Shown here one piece after another: positions 1-9,936 of a stretch of 39,262 bases of DNA; the first letter of the stretch is position 1; every line of letters begins with the position of its first letter. A program made the position numbers and the translations under genes. The notes under the pieces were generated by a model. The model saw nothing but the letters and a program-made list of their open reading frames with translations. It was not told the DNA's origin and made no database searches. This stretch comes from Vicinamibacterales bacterium (GTDB lineage Bacteria; Acidobacteriota; Vicinamibacteria; Vicinamibacterales; CAVVIG01). The stretch spans positions 1-39,262 of the forward strand of contig JBKJMH010000008.1 in NCBI GenBank assembly GCA_046596625.1. The letters are read 5' to 3'.

Positions 1-2048
1 CGAATCTTGCCGGTCGGGTCGATGGCGATGACCTTGACCAGAATCTGTTCGCCTTCCTTCAGTTCGTCGCGCACGTCCTTCACGCGGTGGTTCGCGATTT
101 CGGACACGTGCAGCAGACCGTCCGTGCCGGCCATGATCTCGACGAAGGCACCGAAGTCGGTGATGCGCTGGACCTTGCCGAGGTAGGTCTTGTTGAGTTC
201 GGGCGTGGCCGTGAGTTCCTGGATGATCGAGATGGCCCGCTGCGCCGAGGCGCCGTCGGAAGACGCCACGTTCACGCGGCCGTCGTCTTCCACGTCGATC
301 TTCACGCCGGTGCGCTCGATGATGCTGCGGATCATCTTGCCACCCGGCCCGATGACGTCGCGGATCTTGTCCACCGGAATCTTGATGGTGACGATGCGCG
401 GCGCGTGCTGCGAGATGTTCTCGCGGTGCGCGGCCAGTGCGTCGGCCATGATGCCGAGGATGTGCATGCGGCCCTGACGGGCCTGCTCGAGCGCCTTGCG
501 CATCACCTGCGTCGGGACACCGGACAGCTTGATGTCCATCTGCAGGGCGGTGATGCCCTCGGCGGTACCGGCAACCTTGAAGTCCATGTCGCCGTAGTGG
601 TCTTCAGCGCCGGCGATGTCGGAGAGCACCGCGAACTTGCCGCTGGCTTCGTCCATCACCAGGCCCATCGCGATACCGGCTACCGGCGCCTTGAGCGGCA
701 CACCGGCGTCCATCATCGCGAGCGAGGCACCGCACACCGACGCCATCGAGGACGAACCGTTCGACTCGAGGATGTCGGAGACGACACGCACCGTGTAGGG
801 GAAGTGCTCCTCACCGGGGATCATGCCGGCGACCGCGCGTTCCGCGAGCGCGCCGTGGCCGATCTCGCGGCGACCCGGACCCGTCATGCGACCAACCTCA
901 CCGACCGAGAACGGCGGGAAGTTGTAGTGCAGCATGAAGTTCTTCCAGGTTTCGCCTTCGAACGTCTCGATCTTCTGCGCGTCGTCGGCAGTGCCGAGCG
1001 TGCAGGTGACGAGCGCCTGCGTTTCGCCACGCGTGAACACGGCCGAACCGTGGGTGCGCGGCAGCACGCTGGTCTCGATCCAGATCGGGCGGACTTCGTC
1101 GAGCTTGCGGCCGTCCAGACGGACGTTGTTGTTCAGGATCTCGTCGTAGAGGACTTTTTCCTTGAGGTGCTTGGCGACGATCTTCGCGTCGGCACGCTGA
1201 GCAGGCTGGTCCGCCGGGTAGGAGTCGACGAGTTCGGCGATGACCTTGTCCGTCGTCGCGTAGTTTTCGAGCTTGTCGTGGATGCGCATCGCGGCGGTGA
1301 GCTTGCCGAGAAGCTTGTCCTCGACATCTTTCGCGAACGCGGCGTCCACCGTCTTCGAGGTGACGGTCGCCTTTGCCTTGCCGACTTCGGCAGCCATCTC
1401 GTCGATCGCGGCGACCAGCTGCTTGATGGCAGCGTGCGCGGCTTCGAGTGCCTCGACGACCTGCTCCTCGGTCACTTCCTTCGCGCCGGCTTCGACCATC
1501 ACCAGGCCGTCCTTGCTGCCGGCTACGATGATGTCGAGCTTACTGACCTTGCGCTGTTCGAAGGTGGGGTTGATCAGGTACTGCCCGTCAACCAGGCCGA
1601 CGCGGACGCCGGCAATGGTCTTCTGGAACGGGACATCGGACAGCGCCAGTGCCGCCGACGCACCGGTGATGGCGAGCACGTCGGTGTCGTTCGCCGCGTC
1701 AGCGGACAGGACGAGCGCGATGATCTGCGTCTCGAAGCGCCACCCAGCCGGGAAGAGCGGGCGGATCGGACGGTCGATCATGCGGCTGGTGAGCACTTCC
1801 TTTTCGGCAGGCTTACCCTCGCGCTTGAAGAAGCCGCCCGGGATGCGTCCCGACGCATACGTATATTCGCGGTAATCGACGGTCAGCGGCAGGAAGTCGA
1901 CGTCGCGGGGGCTGTTTGCCCGGCACGCGGTGACGAGGACGACTGAGTCGCCTGACCTGACGATGATCGAGCCGCCGGCCTGCTTGGCCAGCTTGCCGGT
2001 TTCGAATCTGATGGAGCTCTGGCCGACTGAAACTTCGCGCGTTGTCAT
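1..2048 (-). CDS. pnp: Polyribonucleotide nucleotidyltransferase (PNPase), 3' end truncated by the window edge
   Basis: Not in the ORF track because it has no stop in the window. Manual translation from ATG 2048 gives [27 protein letters not shown], then [52 protein letters not shown], the KH motif IGPGGK and the start of S1. It lies directly downstream of rpsO. Confidence 0.98.
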   Translation of the reverse strand, partial: MTTREVSVGQSSIRFETGKLAKQAGGSIIVRSGDSVVLVTACRANSPRDVDFLPLTVDYREYTYASGRIPGGFFKREGKPAEKEVLTSRMIDRPIRPLFPAGWRFETQIIALVLSADAANDTDVLAITGASAALALSDVPFQKTIAGVRVGLVDGQYLINPTFEQRKVSKLDIIVAGSKDGLVMVEAGAKEVTEEQVVEALEAAHAAIKQLVAAIDEMAAEVGKAKATVTSKTVDAAFAKDVEDKLLGKLTAAMRIHDKLENYATTDKVIAELVDSYPADQPAQRADAKIVAKHLKEKVLYDEILNNNVRLDGRKLDEVRPIWIETSVLPRTHGSAVFTRGETQALVTCTLGTADDAQKIETFEGETWKNFMLHYNFPPFSVGEVGRMTGPGRREIGHGALAERAVAGMIPGEEHFPYTVRVVSDILESNGSSSMASVCGASLAMMDAGVPLKAPVAGIAMGLVMDEASGKFAVLSDIAGAEDHYGDMDFKVAGTAEGITALQMDIKLSGVPTQVMRKALEQARQGRMHILGIMADALAAHRENISQHAPRIVTIKIPVDKIRDVIGPGGKMIRSIIERTGVKIDVEDDGRVNVASSDGASAQRAISIIQELTATPELNKTYLGKVQRITDFGAFVEIMAGTDGLLHVSEIANHRVKDVRDELKEGEQILVKVIAIDPTGKI

Positions 2049-2100
2049 AGATCGCACATCTCTCGTGAAAACTGTGGTGAGAAGGGAAGCGCGAACCGCG

Positions 2101-2370
2101 TCACTTGCGGATGTTCAGCCGCTTGATGAGGTCCGAGTAGCGCTTGACGTCCTTCGACTTGACGTAATCGAGAAGGCGGCGACGGCGGCCGACGAGCATC
2201 AACAGACCGCGACGGGAGTGATGATCCTTCGCGTGGGTCTTGAAGTGCTCGGTAAGGTAGGTGATGCGCTCGGTGAGGATGGCGACCTGGACTTCCGGGG
2301 AGCCGGTGTCAACGTCGTGCGTCTTGTAGGAGCCGATCAACTCGGTCTTGCGATCTTTCGAAAGTGCCAC
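2101..2370 (-). CDS. rpsO: 30S ribosomal protein S15
   Basis: 89 aa with [13 protein letters not shown] and [25 protein letters not shown] start with GGAGG SD at 2378-2382. Confidence 0.99.
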   Translation of the reverse strand: MALSKDRKTELIGSYKTHDVDTGSPEVQVAILTERITYLTEHFKTHAKDHHSRRGLLMLVGRRRRLLDYVKSKDVKRYSDLIKRLNIRK

Positions 2371-2460
2371 TGTGCGTCCTCCACGTGCGCCCCAGTGCCC
2401 GTCATCGGGACCGGATCCGCCGTCTGTCTGAAATTCCGTTAGTCGAACAAGCTCAACATG
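2371..2460 (-). promoter_or_regulatory. Candidate structured rpsO 5' leader (possible S15 autoregulatory element)
   Basis: mRNA-sense hairpin CCGGU-CCCG-AUGA-CGGG-C-ACUGG at 2392-2414, about 10 nt upstream of the SD. S15-binding leaders are known at this position in several phyla. Confidence 0.45.
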
Positions 2461-2463
2461 TTA

Positions 2464-3426
2464 CTACAACAGCACAACCGCCGGATGCAAAAGGCCTGGT
2501 GCATCTGACGCCTCGGCCATGGCCACCAGTTGCCCGGACGGACCGAGCAACCTGACGACCCGCGCGGGCACCGCCGTCGCAGCCATCACTCCAGCGGCGA
2601 AGCCGGCGCTAGCATCGCCCGGCCCGAGATTCTTCCCGAACCGCACGTGTGCCACGCCCCCCTCGGTGAGGGTGACGGCCGGCAGGTTGGTCAGCATCTC
2701 GTCGAGCGGCACGAGGGCCGTGGCGCCCGCACCCGCTTCGATTCGATCGAGCGGGACCGCCCTGTCCAGGCCGACGCCGGCGGCTTCGGTCCGCCGCAGC
2801 GCCGTCAGGTGAGCGCCGGTGCCGACGGCGGCGCCGAGGTCGACGGCGAGTGAACGGATATAGAAGCCTGCCGAGCAGCGGACCGACACGCGCACGAGGT
2901 CGTCGGAGACGTCGAGCAACTCGATCGCGTACGCGGTGACCTCGACCGGGTCTGGCAATGGGGCCACGGCGTCGTGATCAGCCGGTGTCTCGGTCGCGTC
3001 TACCGCAGCCGCGGCGTTCGCGCGGGCCTTGCGTGCCAGGGCGTAGCTGCGGCGGCCGGCAATCTTTTTGGCCGAGAACGCCGGGGGCTGCTGGAGGAAC
3101 GTGCCGCGAAAACGGTCGAGCGCGGCTTCGATGGTGGCGTGGTCCGGCCACGGGCCGGCGTACGGCGCGCCGACGGGCACGCCGAGCGCATCGCCGCTGT
3201 CGGTGTTCAGGCCGAGGCGAATCGTGGCGTCGTAGGCCTTGTCGCCGCCGATAAAGCGGGCCAGGCGTGTGGCGCGGCCGACGACGAGCGCCAGGACCCC
3301 GCTCGCCATCGGGTCGAGCGTGCCGGTGTGCCCGATGCGCTTCTCTCGCAGGGCGCGCCGAACGCGAGCGACGATGTCATGCGAGGTCGGGCCTGACGGC
3401 TTGTCAACGAGAAGCAGGCCGTCCAT
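2464..3426 (-). CDS. truB: tRNA pseudouridine(55) synthase
   Basis: DKPSGPTSHD, GHTGTLDPMASG and CSAGFYIRSLA motifs. ATG at 3426; the ORF track uses TTG at 3429. Confidence 0.97.
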   Translation of the reverse strand: MDGLLLVDKPSGPTSHDIVARVRRALREKRIGHTGTLDPMASGVLALVVGRATRLARFIGGDKAYDATIRLGLNTDSGDALGVPVGAPYAGPWPDHATIEAALDRFRGTFLQQPPAFSAKKIAGRRSYALARKARANAAAAVDATETPADHDAVAPLPDPVEVTAYAIELLDVSDDLVRVSVRCSAGFYIRSLAVDLGAAVGTGAHLTALRRTEAAGVGLDRAVPLDRIEAGAGATALVPLDEMLTNLPAVTLTEGGVAHVRFGKNLGPGDASAGFAAGVMAATAVPARVVRLLGPSGQLVAMAEASDAPGLLHPAVVLL

Positions 3427-4387
3427 CAATCGCCTGCTCGATCTTGTCGAGAAACACCTTCTGCAACGCGTCGATGGCGCCGTTCACGGAGCAGCCTGCG
3501 GCGTTCTTGTGGCCGCCGCCACCGAACTCCTTCGCGACCGCGCCGATGTCGATGTCGCCCTTCGACCGCATGCTGACGCGGTAGTCGTCGCCTTCGGCCT
3601 GCTTGAAAAAGACCACCGACTGGATCTCCTTCACGGTCAACGGCAGGTTGATCAGCCCTTCGGTATCTTCGTAGGTGCCGCCAGCCGAACGCGCCATCTC
3701 ATGGTCGAGATAGACAATGGCGATCCGGCCCGACGGGTCGATCTGCATTGCGCTCAGCACCGCACCGAACAGCTTCAGGCGGCCCATGTTGTTGCTGTCG
3801 TAGACGCTGCGTGCCACCGCCACCGGATCGACGCCCGCCTCGAGCAGCTGCTTGCAGATGTCGAACGTGCGGGGCGAGATGCTCGAGTAGTGGAACGAGC
3901 CGGTGTCGGTGAGGATGGCGAGGTAGATGTGCGTCGCGATTTCCTTCGTCATCGGCACGCCGAGCGCGTGCACCAGGTCGAAGACCATCTCGCCGCACGC
4001 CGCAGCCGACTCGTCGAACCAGTTCACGGCGCCGTAGTTCGTGTTGCCTGGATGGTGGTCGATGTTGATGACGAAGTAGTTGCCGAGGCCGCCGACGCCT
4101 GGCCGCGCCAGGTCGCCGCACTCCATGATCACGGCGGCGTCGAAGTCGCCAGACACCTGGTCGGCAATCTTGATGTCCGGCACACCCGGAAAGGTCATGA
4201 GCGGCGGCGGCGCGGCGTCCTTGTTGACGATCACCACGTCCTTGCCGAGCGCGCGCACGGCGTAGGCGAACGCCAGCTGCGACCCGATCGAGTCGCCGTC
4301 GGGTCGTGAATGCGACGAGACGACGAAACGCTGGCGCTGGCGGACGGCGTCGACGATCTGCTGAAAGGCGGTGGTGTCGTTACTCAT
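3404..4387 (-). CDS. nrnA: DHH/DHHA1 family bifunctional oligoribonuclease / pAp phosphatase
   Basis: HSRPDGDSIGS, NIDHHPGN, TDTGSF and GGGGHKNAAG motifs. Usual position between rbfA and truB. ATG 4387 overlaps the rbfA 3' end. Confidence 0.93.
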   Translation of the reverse strand: MSNDTTAFQQIVDAVRQRQRFVVSSHSRPDGDSIGSQLAFAYAVRALGKDVVIVNKDAAPPPLMTFPGVPDIKIADQVSGDFDAAVIMECGDLARPGVGGLGNYFVINIDHHPGNTNYGAVNWFDESAAACGEMVFDLVHALGVPMTKEIATHIYLAILTDTGSFHYSSISPRTFDICKQLLEAGVDPVAVARSVYDSNNMGRLKLFGAVLSAMQIDPSGRIAIVYLDHEMARSAGGTYEDTEGLINLPLTVKEIQSVVFFKQAEGDDYRVSMRSKGDIDIGAVAKEFGGGGHKNAAGCSVNGAIDALQKVFLDKIEQAIDGRPASR

Positions 4388-4754
4388 CGGACTCCGCGTC
4401 ACTCGGGTGGGGCGTATGCAGTTCGTTCAGGATCTGCTCGATGCGGTCCTGGCCGGCGATCGACCCATCGTAGATGAACTTGAATTCTGGCGCCCGCTTC
4501 AGGCGCAGCCGCGCGCCGATCTGGCGGCGCAGGAACGGCGCGACGCGCTCGAGCGCACGCGCCGTGTTCGCACGGGCCTTCTCGTCGCCGAGGGCGGTGT
4601 ACATCACCCGGGCCTGCTGCAGGTCAGGGCTGACATGCACGCGCGTCAGTGTGACGAAGCCGATGCCGGGGTCGTGGACCTCGCGCGACAGCAACGTTGC
4701 GAGTTCGCTCCGCAACTGGTCGGCGACACGATCGGGACGGGAACCTTGGGACAT
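4380..4754 (-). CDS. rbfA: Ribosome-binding factor A
   Basis: MSQGSRPDRVADQLR, VTLTRVHVSPDLQQARV and LRLKRAPEFKFIYDGS. Start trimmed to ATG 4754 (124 aa). Confidence 0.96.
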   Translation of the reverse strand: MSQGSRPDRVADQLRSELATLLSREVHDPGIGFVTLTRVHVSPDLQQARVMYTALGDEKARANTARALERVAPFLRRQIGARLRLKRAPEFKFIYDGSIAGQDRIEQILNELHTPHPSDAESDE

Positions 4755-4839
4755 GACTGGAAATGCTAACGCAAATGGCCAATCACGACAGGGAAAGGCC
4801 TGGGGAGCCAGGTGAGGCACTCGAACTCGGAGCGGGCGA

Positions 4840-4876
4840 TGCGCCACCCGGCCAGCAGGCTGGCCAGGTGGACGCA
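4840..4876 (-). other. Strong GC-rich hairpin after the infB stop (terminator-like or mRNA-stabilising; no U-tract)
   Basis: Minus-strand CCACCUGGCCAG-CCUG-CUGGCCGGGUGG forms 12 bp with one G-U pair and is extendable by UGCG/CGCA. Confidence 0.55.
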
Positions 4877-4892
4877 GGGAGGCTGGACGGCG

Positions 4893-7865
4893 CTACGCGG
4901 TGATGACGATGCGCTCCATCGTGAAGACTTCGATCACGTCGCCCACCCGGAGGTCGTTGTATTTGTCGAAGCCGATGCCGCACTCGAAGCCGGTTTTCAC
5001 TTCGCCGACGTCGTCCTTGAAGCGACGGAGCGAGCCGATCTTGCCTTCGAAGACGACGACGTTGTCGCGCAGGAGTCGCGCCTGCGAGTCGCCGGAGCGG
5101 GTGATACGCCCCTCCGTGACCATGCAGCCGGCGATCGTGCCGAATTTCGGCACCTTGAAGATGTCGCGCACCTGGGCCACGCCGATGCGGAGCTCCTTGA
5201 AGGTGGGCTCGAGCAGGCCGACCATGGCCTTCTTCATCTCGTCGGTGACGTTGTAGATGATCGAGTGCTGGCGGATATCGACACCTTCGCGGTTCGCCAC
5301 CGACTCGGCATTGCGATCGGGCCGGACGTTGAACGCGATGATGATGGCCTTCGAGGCCGTGCCGAGCAGCACGTCCGACTCGGTGACCGCACCGACGCCG
5401 GAGTGGATGATGCGAATCTTCACCTTGTCGTCGGACAGCTTGGCCAGCGTGTCGGCCAGCACTTCGGCCGAACCCTGCACGTCCGCCTTGATGATGATCG
5501 GCAGTTCCTTCATGCCGCCTTCGGCGATCTGCGCCTGCAGCGACTCGAGGGTAAGACGGCCGCCCTTCGCGCCGAGCGCACGATTCTTCGCCTGCTCCTC
5601 ACGGAACGCGGCGATCTGGCGCGCCTTGGCGGCTTCCGCCACCTGGAACACGTCACCAGGCTGCGGCAGGCCGGTCAGGCCGAGCACTTCGACCGGCGTG
5701 GACGGACCGGCCGTCTTGGTCGGACGGCCGCGGTCGTCGATGAGCGCGCGCACGCGCCCGACGATCGGACCCGCAATGAACGTGTCGCCGACGCTGAGGG
5801 TGCCGTCCTGCACGAGGACGGTGGCCACCGGGCCGCGTCCCTTGTCGAGCTTGGCTTCGAGCACGGTGCCCGACGCCGAGCGCTTTGGATTGGCCTTCAG
5901 CTCGAGGATTTCGCTGACGAGCAGGATCATCTCGAGCAGCGAGTCGATGTTGGTCCGTTTCTTCGCCGAGACCTCGACCGTGACCGTCTTGCCGCCCCAT
6001 TCTTCCGGCATGAGGTCGAGCTCGGTGAGCTCGCGCTTCACGCGTTCGGTATTGGCGCCCGGCTTGTCGATCTTGTTGATCGCCACGATGATCGGCACGT
6101 TCGCCGCCTTCGCGTGATCGATGGCCTCGCGCGTCTGCGGCATGACGCCGTCGTCAGCCGCCACCACCAGGACCACGACGTCCGTGACCTTGGCGCCGCG
6201 AGCGCGCATGAGAGTGAACGCCTCGTGGCCAGGGGTATCCAGGAACACGATGTTCTTGCTGTTGATCGTGACGTGATACGCCCCGATGTGCTGCGTGATG
6301 CCGCCGGCTTCGCGTTCCGCAACGCGGGCCTGACGAATGGCATCGAGCAGGCTCGTCTTGCCGTGGTCGACGTGACCCATGACCGTGACGACCGGCGCGC
6401 GCATGACGATGTCGGCGGCGTTTGCGGTGCCGGCATCCACCTGAATCAGCTCTTCTTCGAAGCTGCGCATCTGAACGTCGGCGCCGAACTCCCTGGCGAG
6501 CATCGAGGCGGTCTCGGTGTCGAGGGTGGAGTTGATGGTCATCATCAAGCGCTTCATCAGCAGCTTGGCGAGGACATCTTTCACGCGCAGATCGAGCTTA
6601 TCCGCCAGATCCTTCACCGTCATGCCCTCGGCGAGCGTGATGGTGCGGGTGACCGGCGGCGGCGCGGCAGGGGCCGACGGGGCCGACGGCCGCGAGTCGC
6701 GACGCGGACCTGACGACGAACGGCTGCCGCCCATCGGCGGACGATGTCCGAACGGCGGCCGAGACGGCATGCCGGGACGCTGCGGATACTGTCCCTGTCC
6801 TGGTCGCGGCGGCGCGCCGGGCATGCCAGGCCGGGCCGGCTGTCCGGGCAGCGGACGAGGCCCGCCCAGGGGCGGACGAGGACCAGCGGGGCCCGAGTAC
6901 GGTGGACGCACGCCCATCGGCGGACGCTGACCGGGAACACCCGGACGTGCGCCGGGCGCGCCGGGCTGCGTGGAGCCTGCCGGACGAGCGGGATTTGCCA
7001 CGGCCGGACGATCCGGCGGGCGGACGAGGGGCCGCGGCAGCATGCGCGGCACCGGATTGGGAGACAGCGGCGGCGTCATCGGAGGCGGCGTGTCTTCGAT
7101 TCGCAGCCGGTTCTTCGGCGGCACGATGCGGCCCACCGGACGGGTCACCACCGGCGCGGCTGCGGGCGCAGGCGCCGCAGCCATGTGGCCCGCAGGCGGT
7201 GCGGCCGCGGGCGCCGACGACCGCTCGACGGCAACAGGTTCCGGAGTTGCCGCTACCGGCGCAATCTCCGCAGGCGGAGCAGCTACGGCTTGGGGCACAA
7301 CGTTCGGCTCTTGAATGGGATGGGCGTGCACGGGTTCCGGCTCGGCATGGACGACCGGCTCGGGCTGATGCGCCTCTGCGACGGGCGCGTGTTCGACGTC
7401 GTGCACCACGGCCTCGGGCGCGTGCTCGTGCGCAGCGTCGTGCGCGTGGGCCTCGACATGGTGCGGCTCGGCGTGATGGGGCTCGTGGTGGCCGGACGTC
7501 TCGTGCCAGTGCTCCTCGTGAGCCTCCACGCCGGGCGCGTGCGCCACCTTGGCCGTCTTCACGAGACGCGGCGGCGGCAGCGGGGGCGCGGTCGGCTTTG
7601 CCGGTTCAGGAGCCTTCCTGCCGAGGGTCGGCTTCTTGAACCCGCCCCCCTTCTGCACCGGTGTTTCCGAGAAAATATCGCCGGTCGGCAACGTGATGTT
7701 CCGCTGCTTTGCGAGACGGTCGACGAATTGTCGGGCCACGACTTCCTCAATCGTGCTCGACGCGCTCTTGACCTCGATGCCGTGATCGCGCTTCAGGAGC
7801 GCCGTCACTTCCTGGCTGGTGGTCGCGAGCAGCTCCGCAACCTTGTAAATCCGAACAGTTGCCAA
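4893..7865 (-). CDS. infB: Translation initiation factor IF-2
   Basis: GTPase motifs [16 protein letters not shown] and NKID; IF2_N (RIYKVAELL); C-terminal [16 protein letters not shown] start, 990 aa, with a long low-complexity linker. Confidence 0.99.
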   Translation of the reverse strand: MATVRIYKVAELLATTSQEVTALLKRDHGIEVKSASSTIEEVVARQFVDRLAKQRNITLPTGDIFSETPVQKGGGFKKPTLGRKAPEPAKPTAPPLPPPRLVKTAKVAHAPGVEAHEEHWHETSGHHEPHHAEPHHVEAHAHDAAHEHAPEAVVHDVEHAPVAEAHQPEPVVHAEPEPVHAHPIQEPNVVPQAVAAPPAEIAPVAATPEPVAVERSSAPAAAPPAGHMAAAPAPAAAPVVTRPVGRIVPPKNRLRIEDTPPPMTPPLSPNPVPRMLPRPLVRPPDRPAVANPARPAGSTQPGAPGARPGVPGQRPPMGVRPPYSGPAGPRPPLGGPRPLPGQPARPGMPGAPPRPGQGQYPQRPGMPSRPPFGHRPPMGGSRSSSGPRRDSRPSAPSAPAAPPPVTRTITLAEGMTVKDLADKLDLRVKDVLAKLLMKRLMMTINSTLDTETASMLAREFGADVQMRSFEEELIQVDAGTANAADIVMRAPVVTVMGHVDHGKTSLLDAIRQARVAEREAGGITQHIGAYHVTINSKNIVFLDTPGHEAFTLMRARGAKVTDVVVLVVAADDGVMPQTREAIDHAKAANVPIIVAINKIDKPGANTERVKRELTELDLMPEEWGGKTVTVEVSAKKRTNIDSLLEMILLVSEILELKANPKRSASGTVLEAKLDKGRGPVATVLVQDGTLSVGDTFIAGPIVGRVRALIDDRGRPTKTAGPSTPVEVLGLTGLPQPGDVFQVAEAAKARQIAAFREEQAKNRALGAKGGRLTLESLQAQIAEGGMKELPIIIKADVQGSAEVLADTLAKLSDDKVKIRIIHSGVGAVTESDVLLGTASKAIIIAFNVRPDRNAESVANREGVDIRQHSIIYNVTDEMKKAMVGLLEPTFKELRIGVAQVRDIFKVPKFGTIAGCMVTEGRITRSGDSQARLLRDNVVVFEGKIGSLRRFKDDVGEVKTGFECGIGFDKYNDLRVGDVIEVFTMERIVITA

Positions 7866-7895
7866 CGGTTTACCTCAACTCTAAATGCGATCGAG

Positions 7896-9242
<1,347 letters not shown>

Positions 9243-9245
9243 TGT

Positions 9246-9734
9246 CTAAAATTCCACTTCCAGATTCGCTCGCGTCACGAGCCCGAGCGGCACCCGGTGT
9301 TGCCGGCCATCGTCGCCATCGATCAGCGCGCTGTCGGCATCCACACCGGCAAGCCGCCCCCTGAAGAACGTCTGCCCGTCAACCGCTTCCCGCATCACGA
9401 CCTTGGCGCGACGTCCGGTAAAGCGTTCAAAATCGGTCCGGCCCCTGAGTGGGCGATCGAGTCCCGGCGACGACACCTCCAAGGTGTAGGCGACCGGGAT
9501 GAAGTCCTCCACGTCGAGCAGCGCACTCAAGTCGCGGCTGACATGCGAACAATCCTGGACGCTCACGCACTCCTCGGCGGTCGCGGCCGGTCCGGGGCGG
9601 TCGATCTGCACCCGGAGCACCATGCTGTATTCCTCACGGCGGAACTGCACATCGAAGAGTTCGAGCCCGTGAGTGGCCGCCACTCGCGTGGCCGCGTCCT
9701 TCACTTGTTCAACGATGCTAGCCACGCCCCGCAT
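9246..9734 (-). CDS. rimP: Ribosome maturation factor RimP
   Basis: DCSHVSR and YTLEVSSPGLDRPL motifs. Start is probably ATG 9734 (CAGGA SD upstream) or GTG 9725. Confidence 0.95.
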   Translation of the reverse strand: MRGVASIVEQVKDAATRVAATHGLELFDVQFRREEYSMVLRVQIDRPGPAATAEECVSVQDCSHVSRDLSALLDVEDFIPVAYTLEVSSPGLDRPLRGRTDFERFTGRRAKVVMREAVDGQTFFRGRLAGVDADSALIDGDDGRQHRVPLGLVTRANLEVEF

Positions 9735-9750
9735 TTCAGGGTCCTGAAAC

Positions 9751-9776
9751 AAAAAAAGCGGGCACTCCGCCCGCTT
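9751..9776 (-). promoter_or_regulatory. rimP-leader terminator-like attenuator hairpin
   Basis: Minus-strand AAGCGGGC-GGAGU-GCCCGCUU followed by a U run, between the promoter and the rimP start. This matches the known GGGC...GCCC rimP-leader motif. Confidence 0.8.
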
Positions 9777-9806
9777 CGGTCCTGCAACCAAAGCTCCGAA
9801 CACCAA

Positions 9807-9815
9807 AGTATAGCA
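9807..9815 (-). promoter_or_regulatory. Extended -10 promoter (TGc-TATACT) of the rimP-nusA-infB operon
   Basis: Minus strand reads TGCTATACT about 30 nt upstream of the leader hairpin. Confidence 0.7.
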
Positions 9816-9854
9816 CGCGGAATATGCGGCCCCGTGGGGGGTTCAGGCGGCTCA

Positions 9855-9932
9855 CAGGCTTCGGGCTCCGGTCTTCAGGCTCCAGCCAAGAGCCTTCCGG
9901 ACCGGCCCGACCTGCCGGGCCCGCCCGACCCG
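9855..9932. repeat. Degenerate short tandem repeats: 4 heptamers then 4 nonamers
   Basis: CAGGCTT CGGGCTC CGGTCTT CAGGCTC (9855-9882) and CCGGACCGG CCCGACCTG CCGGGCCCG CCCGACCCG (9897-9932). Confidence 0.65.
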
Positions 9933-9936
9933 TGTC

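Noticed and set aside
87-1946. 619-aa plus-strand ORF, and similar long antisense ORFs (4812-6713, 14371-16950, 22287-24155, 24678-26426, 27919-29823, 37462-39198)
   Set aside because: Each mirrors a well-supported gene on the opposite strand. Long antisense frames are expected from high-GC codon bias, and the translations have no recognisable motifs.
3404-3426. 23-nt overlap of nrnA and truB as a frameshift or pseudogene sign
   Set aside because: Both proteins have complete motif sets, and short overlaps are normal in this operon.
9855-9932. Possible CRISPR-like array
   Set aside because: The units are 7-9 nt and contiguous, with no unique spacers and no cas genes nearby.
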